The translations under genes and the position numbers were made by a program. DNA of 64,000 nucleotides from Pseudovirgaria hyperparasitica (taxonomy: Eukaryota): assembly GCA_010093815.1 (NCBI GenBank), contig ML996580.1, one strand, 5' to 3'. This document shows, one piece after another, positions 1 through 12,546 of this stretch. Position 1 is the stretch's first letter. Each line of letters begins with the position of its first letter. Below the pieces are notes generated by a model. The model was not told where the DNA came from, did no database searches, and worked only from the letters and a program-made list of their open reading frames with translations.

Positions 1-872
1 CTCTGCGCTCATGTCAAACAGCCTTTAGCGAATTCATCGGGGCAGATCATCGCGCTTTACCTCTGCAGCCTCAACCAACGCCTCTCTTGAATCCTGTTCA
101 AGATCTTCCCAGGAAAAGACCGATACATCCAGACCTAGCTCCATCCAGTGCGCGACCCCTGCAGCCTCGTCCTCCGATCGCCTATTCTAATGATCCGTAT
201 GGTTCACCCTATGCTGCCTCGTCGATGGGGGAACCAGCCCACAAGAAGAAGAGAGGTCGTCCAACCAAGGCAGAAGCCCAACAGAGAGCCCACGATGCGA
301 TGCTACGTGGAGAGGTGTATCCACCCCCTAACAAGAAGAAGCCTGCGAGACCATCTGTGACCGGCAGTGATGGCGGAACCACTCCTGTTGCGGGAGCCTC
401 GTCCGCTAATCCTTTTGAGAGGGCCAGCACCCCACCACAACCACCAATGGAAGTTGAAGAGACGTCTTCAGGCAAGAGGCGTCGTACACGACCGACGAGA
501 TCAGAATTGTCAGAGAGGCATAGTGAGCATGGTATGCAGCCACTCGCATCGCCACGGCAATCGCACTCAAGCCGTCCAGACACTGGGCGCGCACCCTATC
601 ATCAATCAGCGCCACCCGAAGAACAAGGTTCTATCACAGAACGTCGTGATATACGCATGGAGGGAGCGGAGGAATTTTCAACACCGCAGGCACAAATAGA
701 GACACTCTACCCACTACACCACACCTCACAACAGCAACCGCAACAGCAACAACAACAGCAACAAGCCTCATCAGCGCCCTCACTACCCCCACCCCCGCCA
801 CCACGACCACAATCCCAATCATCACAGCAAACACCTACATCACGTTCATTCAAGGAGACAGTCGGGATGTGA
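1..872 (+). CDS. 3' part of a fungal AT-hook-containing, low-complexity (P/Q/S-rich) nuclear protein; 5' end lies outside the window
   Basis: Frame is open from position 3 to TGA at 870-872. AT-hook-like KKKRGRPTK, basic NLS-like patches and a polyQ/polyP tail. Confidence 0.7.
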   Translation, partial: LRSCQTAFSEFIGADHRALPLQPQPTPLLNPVQDLPRKRPIHPDLAPSSARPLQPRPPIAYSNDPYGSPYAASSMGEPAHKKKRGRPTKAEAQQRAHDAMLRGEVYPPPNKKKPARPSVTGSDGGTTPVAGASSANPFERASTPPQPPMEVEETSSGKRRRTRPTRSELSERHSEHGMQPLASPRQSHSSRPDTGRAPYHQSAPPEEQGSITERRDIRMEGAEEFSTPQAQIETLYPLHHTSQQQPQQQQQQQQASSAPSLPPPPPPRPQSQSSQQTPTSRSFKETVGM

Positions 873-2407
873 GGAGGAGCATCTTCTTGCGTAATATACA
901 CGAAAAGCACACTTAACATGGGCGGCATTCTGTCGATTTATCAATTTAAAAGCGGTCTGACGACAAGTCACGCATTTATGACGACATTTAAAAACGATAC
1001 CATTCGATCATGGGAAGACGTCGAGGTCTAATGCAATGCACGAAAAGAGCGAAATGGTGTTATACAACCACCTACACAACGCGTTCGTCCTAGTCTTTAC
1101 CCTTTCTGTCCCTCCACCTTTTTTCTTTGACTCGGCGACGCCGTATAGAACGATTTCGCACATGTCATGCGACCAACGACTCAACCACTTTTACAGCCAA
1201 TTTTTCAGGCGCCTACGCTGGATACGCGACACTGTCCTATCATACTTTAATGTCTATGTTTCATCATGAGCAGAGTCATATGTTATTAACTATACCGATC
1301 CGGCCTTTTCCTTTTATCTTCTGCGATTTGATGTACTATAGTCGCGCATAATCTCTTTCTCATATGCAATGAGTCTGATGACCTACAAAAGAAGGGCAAT
1401 GATTGGCATCTGAGAGAGCAGGTGTAGGAGGACGCTCGAGTGCTCGAAGCCATCATGGATGGGCGGTCTCCCTTAGTTTTGATTTTTTTAAAGGCCTGCT
1501 CGTGGCTTGTAATCTCTACGGCTGTTTCTGCGGCGTCTCAGAAGCAGAGAGCGACGGTGTCTTCTCTAGCACACACCTTCAACAGCTTCCCGACCTGTCC
1601 AGCTGAGTCATTCCCGAGAATAGTTCGCTTACACTGTACTATATTTCCTCTTCAAGCCGGGCCGAAGGTTCATCGCACCTCGTACAACCCGAATACAATT
1701 CAACGCCCTCCTGACAACCTGTATGCATGTTCGGCTGGTGCTCTTAGTCTATGTGATAATTGAACGCAGTACCTTACGATCAGGATCAGAGTAGCACATG
1801 ATCTCCTAGCCGTGCATGCTCTTGATGGGTGCCAATAATGATTCGCTCGACCAGTCTGACTATGCATACAAACTGTCAGACTTCTCGGGCTTGCAAATCA
1901 GAGTGGATCGTTGTGACTAACCTCGCTCTACGTAACGCTGTTCTTATTCCTAAGCGATTCACCTTCTACAGCTGATCAAAATCAATTGTTGCACGTCTAT
2001 TGCCTATTTAAAACAGCCTTTTCTTACGTATACCGTGAACGAGCTGTATACTTGGACTTTGTAATTTACTACTAGATTACTGGCATACTATGAGGAGTCA
2101 TGAGAGAGCTTTTTATGTAGACTCTATGCAGTTTCGGGCCGTCAATCAATCACTTGTTATTAATTGATGAAAATCCTCATCATGTGACTGCGTGTACTAG
2201 CGCGGTCATAGTAGCTCCCTGCCCAGGTGATTCAACTTTGACGTGTTGTTATAATAGCTACTTCACATTGACTGCACATACTTCATTTGTATATCAAGAT
2301 ACAGAACATTCATTCGACACTTGAATATCATTAAGCTTTGAATCCGGCTCTAATAGCGCTGCTTTTGTATTGCTCGGGAGCATCAGCAATATCTAGCCGT
2401 CGTAGAC

Positions 2408-4875
2408 ATGTCTGATGACGAATTCGGTATGTCGTCGGGAGACGAAGCGGACCTACTCAATATAGATTACTCGGGCGCGAAACGCAAGTTCGAGCCGGAG
2501 AGTCCCATAGAATCTAAGAGATCTTGCAAGGACTTCGATGACACGTCCACAGAATCACTCGCTCGTACTGTTGCTAGGGATGTTCTGAGACAACGCTTTG
2601 GCATGGAGGCGTTCAGGCTTCAGCAAGAGAGAGCAATCACGAGATTACTTGAAGGCGATAGCTGCGTTATCATCTTCCCTACAGGTGAACATGCCTGGTG
2701 ATTACTAGAAGGAAGCTCTAATTCGTGACCAGGCGGGGGTAAATCACTTTGTTATCAGATTCCAGCCCTCTGCTTCAAGATTCTAGACACAAAGAAGGGG
2801 GAGCGACAAGGTCCTGCCGAGCAAGGCATAACCCTGGTGGTCTCTCCACTCATCGCCCTCATGAAAGATCAAGTTGATGCACTTCGCCGTAGAGGTATCA
2901 GTGCCGCTGTTCTGGATTCCACTAAGTCTCGAGAGGAATACTTAGCAACTGTTGATTCTATGCGCAACGGGACTCTGGACATACTTTACTGTGCTCCCGA
3001 GAGATTGAACAATGAGGGTTTTGTGGCTAGTATGGCGAACGTCCGGGGTGGCGTACGACTGCTTGCAGTCGACGAAGCTCACTGCATATCCGAATGGGGT
3101 AAAGTTTTGAAGATGTTGAGATCCTTTCAAGCATACTCACTACGTATAGGCCACTCTTTTCGCCCCGATTACTTGAAGATAGCAAGATTCTATCGAGAAA
3201 TTCACGCCGAGAGGGTAGTCTGCTTGACTGCAACTGCCACACCGGCTGTTGCCGATGATGTCCGCCGAGCTTTCGATATTCCTGAAGCCGGTCTCTTTCG
3301 TACATCTACCTATAGGTCTAACTTACACCTATACGCACAGTCGTACATGACCAAGAAAGAATCTTACCCTCAACTTCGAGCTTTCTTGAAGGCTCACCCA
3401 GGGTCGACCATCATTTATGTAACTCTACAGAAACAAGCAGAAGAGCTGGCAGACCAATTGCGCTCGCACAAGTTCAAGACCAGACACTTCCATGCGGGGC
3501 TGAGACCAGACGAGAAGACTACTTGTCAAGAGGCCTTTATGGCTTCAAAAGATATGGTCGTCGTTGCTACCATCGCGTTTGGTATGGGGATCGACAAGGC
3601 CGACATTCGCAATGTGATCCACTACGCAGCACCGTCCAGCTTGGAGTCTTACAGCCAAGAAATTGGCAGAGCAGGCAGGGACGGAAAGGTGAGTCATTGT
3701 CTGTTGTTCTTGTGTGCCGATGATCTGCATCTGCGGGAGTCATTTGCGCGAGGGGATCTCCCAAGCAAAAGCAGCGTGGCCCGACTTTTACGTGAGGTCT
3801 TATCATTGAAACCTTCCGCGCCACCTGAAAATCATATCGAGGCCAATCTCTATCAGCAAGGGAGGGAATTCGACATCAAGGTATGCTGCCATTTTGCGCA
3901 GTTGGGACTATTGCGCATCGGACTATTGATGTCAGAGTCCAATACATCACATATAGATTCTGACTACTGTTCAGGCAAATGCGCTTGGAAACATTTATGC
4001 TCAGTTAGAACTTCGCTTCGATCTTCTGCGAGCTACTACGCCAAAATACACCAAATACAGCTATAAGCAACTGAAGAATACAGACTGGGACAAGTCGCCA
4101 GCGGCCACTGCCCTACGCAAGATTACGAAGAAGGCAATCTCAAATCACAATGTGGACATGGAATCTGCATACCCGAAAACTGGAATGCCACGAGCCGAGC
4201 TTATATCAAAACTCAACGCCTGGAACGATGAAAATTTCATACAGCTGACGGCCGGTGGTGTGGTGAATGTATTTCGCGTCAGCCAACCCAGTGAATGGCC
4301 CCCAAATACGAATGCGAGCCAGGAAATCATCGATGCACTCTACAAGGACATGGAGATGCGTGAAGTGCAGGAGCTCAAGCGTATGGATCAAGTCGTGAGG
4401 TTGATCTCAGACAAGGCCTGTTTCTCAAGGAAGCTTGCCGAACACTTCGGCGACTCTCTGCCCGGGAACGCTCAGGAGTGTGGTCACTGTCAGTTCATCA
4501 TATTGAATGTAGACTTATATAGCCCGGACTATGGCTGACTTATGTTATCCCCGACAGGTACATGGTGTGAAACCCACAAAGCTGTCGAGCAGTTTACTCC
4601 ACCCGGTGCGTCGTGGGACGGCCCAGCGTTTCTGAAAGTCCTCGAGGCTTGCCCAGAACGAGACGATCCGCGATACCTTGCCCGGGTTGCATTTGGGATT
4701 GGCAGTCCGCGCGTCACGATGGCGAAGCTGAGCAAAAGTTCCGTTTTTGGCTCGGTAAGTGGAATCTGAATCCCCAAGTCTCCAATAGGATTTTTACTTA
4801 AAGAAATCGGCGTGTCAGATGGAGAATATCAGTTTCACCCAGATTCTTGCCGCAGCGGAGAAAGCTTGCGCGTGA
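2408..4875 (+). CDS. RecQ-family ATP-dependent DNA helicase, RECQ4-like architecture, no HRDC; 6 exons
   Basis: Exons 2408-2684, 2733-3098, 3150-3880, 3975-4488, 4558-4754, 4819-4875, all introns GT-AG. Splicing rebuilds FPTGGGKSLCYQIPAL, VSPLIALMKDQV, AVDEAHCISEWGHSFRPDY, LTATA, ATIAFGMGIDK, QEIGRAGRDG and the Zn motif C...HFG...ECGHCTWC. Confidence 0.93.
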
Positions 4876-5097
4876 GGAGTACGTACTACTACCGACCGAC
4901 AACCAGACGACCACCCCAGTATTACTACTCCATACGTGGGATGATTCAATACAGGGGCCAATAACACCCATCTATCCCTCGAAGAAACCACACGTCCGCC
5001 CAAGTAAGGCAAAAGGAACGTTTCGTCCGCGTCCATCAATCATCTCGGCGATCGAAATGCTACTCGTAGGCAGGGGTACGAAACGTTCGGCACGCCC

Positions 5098-5098
<1 letters not shown>

Positions 5099-5140
<42 letters not shown>

Positions 5141-5156
5141 ATATATATATATATAT
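5099..5156. repeat. Compound microsatellite, (GAT)~14 followed by (AT)n
   Basis: Directly visible downstream of the RecQ stop. Confidence 0.95.
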
Positions 5157-6022
5157 TACTGCTCCCTATACTGACTGGCCTGAGAAGTCATTATGAATCC
5201 CCCATTCCGAATCGGGCTGCGCTGGTGCCATGGATGACCCCCTCGACCGAGCGAGCGAGTTTATTACGCTCTCCAAATCCATATTAGTAGAGTGTTGGTA
5301 GTGATTAATTAGCCCCAGCAAAGCACAAAGCGCAAAAAGGACCAAAAAAAAAGAAAAAAAAAGGAAGGTCCCAACAGAAACACAACGGCTCATGCCGCTG
5401 CATATAGGCAGACTGCATGCAAGGCTCGCGACTCAAGGGGTATCCCATCCCAACCTCGGAAACAACACTATTGTAACGATGGATAATTGAATAAGCCAAA
5501 CCCTGGTATCTTGAAATGCACTCTGCAAAAAAAATGCATTTACCCCGTTTCGCAAGGCGCGCGCGCGCGGGGGTGTGCGGGCAGCGCCATCGGGGAAATA
5601 GCGGCCGAAGCGGAACGGGGAACGAAAAAGTCGTAATTAATAATTAAATGCCTGGAAGGAAGGCAGCAAGGAAGGAAGGAAGGAAGGAACATTACACCAG
5701 ATGTAATTGGAAGGTGGCGCTGGCGGGGATCCTTGGTAGTGTAGGTAGGGTAGGGTAGGGTAGGGTAGGACCAGGGTATGTATGTTATTGTATCATGCCT
5801 TGATCCCTGGGGCGTCGTCCAGTTCTGGTGCAGCGAAACAAAGCCAATGGGACTAAGTAGCCCCTGAGCCAGGTACCGGGCGCAGCGACTGCTAATTACT
5901 GCTCTTTTGGTCCTTCCGAAACAGTAACAGTAACAGTAACAGTGGATGTACGTATCATGTGACTTGAATGAATAGAGGTATCAACAACGAGACTGCTATA
6001 CGGACCGTGGTCTCTCGCACAG

Positions 6023-9000
6023 TCACCATCCCTCCAACTGTCCCTCCCACTGCCCATCACTGCCTACCTGTCCCTCACCCCCTTCACCATTGCCAAGCCC
6101 ATCTCCAAACTGCATCTTCTCGAGCTCCCTCTTGAAGAAATCTCGCTCTTCCTCCAACACCCCTTCGTTTGCGCCCATCGCCTCTGGGTAGTGTCTCAGA
6201 TTCCACCAATGCGTCAGTGCTCGAAGTGCTTGCTCCAACGGCACACTCTCATCGACTTCAGCGTCCACGTCCCCCCCGCTCAGCCACTCGTCGCGCAGCT
6301 CCGGACGACAGTGTAGATACACGGCAGTAATGACGCGCATGTTTGATTGGCGCCATTTACGGCCACAGTAGGGTACCTGATTCTTGAACAGCTTAAGCGT
6401 GTACAGCCGCAGTGCAGGCTGCGGCACGCGCAGACACTTGCGCAGCACCTGGCTGGACTTGTAGCTGACAAGCATGAGATTGCGATGCGCTTTTGATTTG
6501 CAGATCTTCTGCATGATACGCAGGTAGTTGATGGAAGTGTAGAAGGCGCGCCACGAGAAGGTCGTGATGGGCTCCGAGGGGAGTTCGGAGGTGGGGAAGC
6601 CGAGTTCGTCGACTTCGGGCAGAGCCATGGGCTGTTTCGCGATCATAGGCTCGGGAGAATCGTTGATGACGGAAGCGTCGGGGTCGCGTTGGCGCTTGAT
6701 AGGAGGTGGTGCTGCGTCGTCTTCTGAAGAGTCGTCGATTTCTGTGGGCTCGATTGGACCAGGAGGTGCTTCGTCTTCGGCATGACGGGAGCGGGAGTAG
6801 CAGAATGTGAAGAAACTGAGAAGGATTAGGACTGAGCTACAGACAGGTTCGGAGGTCTCACTTGAGTTCGTCGCGGTCAGAATTATAGTTGACCACCCTC
6901 TCGATTTCTTGGAGCTGTAATAATTTGAGGACAAGGGGTATATAACTAGAATCGACAAGCAATTGAGTAAGGTACTCGTACTTGAGAATATCTAACGGTC
7001 TTGGGTCAATCCTGAAGGCTTGCATCAATGAAGAGGAGTAACTTACGAGATACCTTGAACCATTTCAGTAGCAAGACAAGAGTCCCAGTGAGTGCTTTGT
7101 CCAGGATCTCCTGCGACCGGAGAGCATCAATCTCGTCTACAGATGCTGAATCGCTTGATGTGCCGTTGAGGGCGCCATTCATCTCAGGTTTGGGAATTGC
7201 ACTCCCGTTCTGATTTTCCTGGAACTGGAACCCACTTTGCAACCCGTTGGCACCATTGGCTTGGGTGACGAGCGTCGTAACATGGTTCAATATGACCCTA
7301 ATCAAAACAATGATGAGCGATTGTAGTTGCGGTAATGCATCTCTGTAAAAGTTCTCTACAGCCTCCAATCGCTCTTCAGGACTTCCACAGTTTGCGCGCG
7401 TTCTCCTAACGGTCGCCTTGGGTTTCACGGGCTTGGTTTGCTCTTTGGACAAGTCCAATGGAACGACGTCGCCGTCAAAGTCGTCGCCAGGACTGAGCCA
7501 ACCGCGTTCATATTTCATGAACTGCACTCTGACTTGCCACAATTGCTTCATTGATCTCGAAGCACGCATCCTTGTCGAGAAAAGCTGGGCGGCCTCTAAG
7601 ATTGATGCAGGGATATCAGATCCATCCCAGCGTCGGCCAACAAGAAGATCCTGTAAGTCCGTAGTACCCTTCCCACCGAGATTATTGCTACTCTCATCCA
7701 AAGGTGGATATAAGAAAGGGAAAAGCTGATTAGTCTGATAGTTCTGCTTTTTTCCGCCCTTGCCACCAGGCCCGGCTGGAGAGGGCGGGGGCGACGGCGC
7801 AGGAGTTGCAATATGTACTGGCTGATGGAGAATTGATGTCCCATTTGCGTTCACATTCACTGCAGACCCGAAAACGTTCGATCCAGCTGCCTTGCTAGGA
7901 TGGTTCTTCAGTGGTGGAAGTATGGAGTTGTTTTCCGGTTCAAGTGGAAAGAGCGGTGGTGGAGGGTTGTATGCAGGATACTTGGAGCTGATTTCCTGAC
8001 GGAAGAGGTGGTAGTCCAGTGGTGATGCAGTGATAAGAGGACGTCCATGTTGATCTTCTTGGTCTACCGAGGGATCTTGAAAGGAGCTTTTGGCCTTATC
8101 AACCTCGGACAGCCCTCCAAAACAGACCAGGATGGCTTTCCAGGTGATCAGGAGCATTTTCGGCAACGGCAAAGGAACGGTGTCGTCCCAACGAATGCGC
8201 GAAATATACTCCATAAGACACACCAGTAAGTCAGGTTCTAGGTCTCGAATACGCGATCGAGTGCTAGTTTCATGCTGCTTGGTCGCTTCAATCCTCGCAA
8301 AGTCGAGAATAATGTACATCAATGTGAGACAACACCATAGTTCACGTCGATCGGATTCTTGCCGATCTCGAGAAGGTTCAGAAGCTGTCACATCTCTACA
8401 ACTGGAAGGAAATTAGCCAAAACCGAATTGAATGACTAAGCTGCCATACCTTGCTAGTTGACACGAGGATCGCATGGCATCGTAAATAAGAGGAATGCAA
8501 CCACAGTCGATGATAGTTCGGACGTTCGACTTGATTAATTGTATCTGAAGGGCGGACTTAACAAAGCTGGAGCCGGGATCGCCTTTTCCATCAACCTGGT
8601 CCTGGTCTGTACCTTCTTCTGGTATGTCCGGGGAAGCTGACAAACCCGCTGTCTCATACCAACATCCAAGGGCGATGTTTGTCAAGACTTCCAGTGAACT
8701 GAGCCGCACAATATGATCGTCGGTACGTAGGCCATCCTTAGCCTTCAGCACGAACCGAACCCGGTGTGTTTTCCACGTGTTCAACCAGTTCGAAGAGCCT
8801 TGATCGATATCAACAGCAGGTCGATGTTCTTCGCCCAAGAATGCTTCCCACTGTTTCGCGAATTCCGCTTGACATTTGAGTATCATAGCATGCTCCTCTA
8901 CATTATACGAAAACCATTCTTCCAATTCTGCGGCAAACGTGGAAGCATCTTTGTATTCGAATGCGTACGGTGTCGGCTCAACGGTCGGCATGTCGCCCAC

Positions 9001-9372
9001 AAGCCGTCGGAGTTGCATCACAGACAGCGAGTCTGTAGATTGTGACATGTCTGTAGAGGACGCAGGCGGGGCAGGTGGAGGTAAAGATTGCGGCGCCGCC
9101 GGAGGAGGAGCAGACTTCTCACGCCGAAGACCAGGCCTTGTTGGTAAAGCAACGCCATCCTGTGGTAGATGAGGCTTCTCGCCCTCCAGTGTAAGGCCTT
9201 CTTGGTCCACCGTGTCAAGGCCAGGCTTGTTGGGATTTCCGGCTGTGGAGAACTCGTTCTGATCTGTCAATGGGATGGCAAGCATTTCGGCTTCGTCCAC
9301 AGCCATTGGAACAGGACCTGAGCGGTTGCTCAGCCTGCGAGATGACAGGTCTTCATTCAGGGTAGCGTCCAT
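6023..9372 (-). CDS. FAR11: STRIPAK subunit Far11/HAM-2/PRO22 (STRIP1 family), multi-exon
   Basis: ORFs 8413-9372, 7006-8391 and 6023-6958 carry YAFEYKD..ELEEWFSY, LITASPLDYHLFRQEISSKYPAY, KKQNYQTNQLFPFLYPP and LKLFKNQVPYCGRKWRQSNMRVITAVYLHCRPELRDEWL. Confidence 0.92.
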
Positions 9373-10764
9373 GCTGGAGCACGCTCCAACTGTACAGCCA
9401 GATATTCTTGGCGGTTGATGTCGAGAGGTATGGAAGGTCGACCATGATCGATGCGGGACCTAGCGAGACAACATTGTATGCAGATTAGGGCGGGTAGTCG
9501 TGAACGTCTTTCTGTCTTTGGTATAGTTGTACGTGGGGACGTGGAGAGATGTATAGGGAAGAGTGAGTGTACTGTATCGTAGGTATGCGGGCGCTGGAGC
9601 TGGAGCTGGAGCTTGGATGCTGCATCGCACGCGGAGTGTGTTGTTGCGGTCGAGGATTAAGGTTATTACTAAGACATATTTATGCCTGAGGCATAAAGAC
9701 TGCCCCACTCTCTGTCTCTTCCGGCACACAACCGCGAACCACTCCTCCAACCTCCGTTCATCCACATATCGCCATGGTTTTCTTTATTTTCGCTGAGAAC
9801 ACTCCCCTAAACGTTATCAAAAGACTCAGATACCGCGTGGGAACCATAGAATAAAAAGTGGGCATGACCCTCAGATCGTCCTTCAAAACGAGTCAACGCT
9901 ACCATAGTGATACCAAGCTCGTTCATGCGAGATTTCAGGTCCTTATACTGCTATACAATGCCAGCCTCTCAATATTTACTTTGAACAGCTAATACGACTC
10001 TTGGTCTCGATCATCAAGGAGAGCTCATGGTGACGCTTTCTCCGAAATGATGTGGTGTATCAAGAAACTTTCCGATGCGCCCCTTTGAAGCTGCGTGTAC
10101 GCGCCACACGGCACTCTAAGATATCTTTATCCCAACTGATTACCGGATCAAGCGACTTAGATACACGGGCGATAACGTGTTGTCTCGCATCATAGGTGCT
10201 AACACATAGGGCTTGCCATTGTAAAATGAAGATGGCTCTATCATAGCCTTGATATGTTCACAAATTGGCAGAGGAAGCAAAAGTGATGCCATGGCATTTC
10301 TTGCTTGGATATCGCTCCCAAGGATCAGCTTTCCGCTCAATCGACTACTCCGCGCTTCGCCACAAGATGCCTGCTATCCACATACCCGACTTCGCACGAG
10401 AAGACATGTCTTACTTGCGAGGTGGCTATTCGCCATTCATCATTGCCTGAAAACCACTATGGTTTCTCTCGGGTGTCACTACTGTACGCGCCCGAAGATA
10501 TTGGTATCGGCGGACCATTGTGGATGCAGGCTCTCGGCGATATGTGGGTAGACTTACGTACCTGCGGTGATGAGTACCACGGATGTATTCTCCCCTTCCA
10601 CGGGCACATAAAAGTGTGAGCTGGCCCTCGTCGTGTATGTCAATCGTTCTGATCGCTCACGTCTCTCTTTACCCAGCCCCCCGCAAATCCGGCTGTCGTT
10701 CATTACTTCATAATCTGCTCCAACTGCTATTCTTTCGTTCTATTAAGCCTATCGGACCGTTCCG

Positions 10765-11840
10765 ATGTCTTCATTTCGCATAATCGCATTCTTTGCCTGT
10801 CTTGTTTCATTAGTAATATCTTCACCCGTCCAAAGGAGAGAAAATGCAGCTCCAACAGGCCCAATCCTTTCGGCAGACTTCCCAGACCCGTCTATCATCA
10901 AGATCAGAGACACATGGTATTCCTTCAGTACCAGCTCAGGAGACCGCAACGTGCAAGTGGCATCGTCTCGAGATTTCCGAACCTGGACTCTCATCACCGA
11001 AAACGGACAAATAAAAGACGCCCTCCCAAGACTCGGTGACTGGGTCACTACAGACGCATCTGGCAACCCCATGGTCTGGGCGCCAGACGTCATAAAACGT
11101 GTAAGTATCTCGCTCTCCGCCCCCCCCCTATCCTCCTGAATCTCTCCCTCACCCTCTCCCAGGACGACGGCATGTATGTCCTCTACTACTCCGCCCTCAA
11201 CACCCCTCGCCTCCACTGCATCGGCCACGCAACCTCCTACCAAATCACGGGGCCCTACACCCCCGCCCCAACCGCCCTCATCTGCGGCGACACCACGCTC
11301 TCCCAAGGCGGCGCCATCGACGCCTCGGGGCTCCGCGAACCCGACGGCTCACGCTACATCGCCTACAAAATCGACGGCAACGCCATCGGATCCGGCGGCA
11401 ACTGCGGCAACGGCGACGGCGCGCGGTCCACGCCCATAATGCTACAGCCCGTCGCCGAAGACGGCGTCACCTTTGTCGGCCCCGCGATCAAGATTCTGGA
11501 CCGTGATGTCGCGGACGGTCCGCTTGTCGAGGCGCCTAGTATTATCCGTCTTGACGATGGTCGGCACGCGTTGTTCTTTAGTAGTAATTGCTACACGAGT
11601 CCTATGTATGATGTCAGCTATGCCATCTCGGAGAGCGGGGTGGCTGGTCCGTATGCGAAGAGTGATGCGCCGCTGCTGATAACGGGCATGTATGGACTGA
11701 CGGCGCCAGGAGGCGCGAGTGTGTGGAATGTGCAGGGCCAGAGTGGGTACAAGATGGTGTTTCATGCAAACTCGAATACGGGGAGGAGTATGTGGTCGGC
11801 GGATCTGGACGTGAGTGGGAGGAAAATTAGTTTAATTTAA
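10765..11840 (+). CDS. Secreted glycoside hydrolase family 43 (arabinanase/arabinofuranosidase-like five-bladed propeller); intron 11101-11162
   Basis: Signal peptide MSSFRIIAFFACLVSLVISS; GH43 motifs DFPDPSI, WAPDV, GGAIDAS and LVEAPSI; GTAAGT...CCAG intron joins the two ORFs. Confidence 0.88.
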
Positions 11841-12546
11841 TGTTTTATGGGAAGACGGAATGAATTTGTGGTGGGACGTGTCAGTGTTGGCCAGATCAAG
11901 GGGAGGGGTGTTTTGGTTAGGGTTGTGTGCTGCACGAGCGTCTGATTCCTTTACGGAATCTTCTTGTGCTTGCGGTATGATACCATAGCAGCTAGTATAC
12001 AAAATACAGCGCATTATCAAGTGGAAGTGTGCTGAGGCTCGTCAACGCAAGATCCCTGCCAGGGCTGGAACCTTTCCCCCCTAGGGATCGCTAAAATTAG
12101 AACATTACGTAGTGGATTGGCTGCTGTGTTTGGTGTGTGTGACTCCAAGTTATCGCTATTCGGACAATGGGATCGACATACAAGGGCAAGGTAGACACTG
12201 GGTGTAATATAAGATATTATATTTTCTTCTTTTGTAATTCACCATCTCACCCGAAGTTATGTGATACGAAGCTATCCACGCGCAATACGTCTTTCATTTG
12301 GCTTCACATATCACATATTCCTAGGTCCTCTTGTTACGCTGAGGAAGGCGTAAGATGGTTAGGGAGCCACGTAACGACACCGCTCGCTCTTGTTCGCAGA
12401 ATAGCAAAGAACGCCTTCGCAGTATGGTAAACACGTCAAAAAGCTGTCATTGATATTTGAGAGGATGCTGAGACGCCATTGCGTAGAACAAGTTATGTGC
12501 TGATGGCGTCGAGAGTATACTTTAGAGGGATATTGGCAGGTGGAAA

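Noticed and set aside
900..2400. Short ORFs between the AT-hook gene and RecQ
   Set aside because: No convincing spliced frame or motif found on either strand.
3099..3149. 17-aa insertion after the RecQ DEAH motif in the ORF track
   Set aside because: It is a 51-nt in-frame GT-AG intron; removal restores SEWGHSFRPDY.
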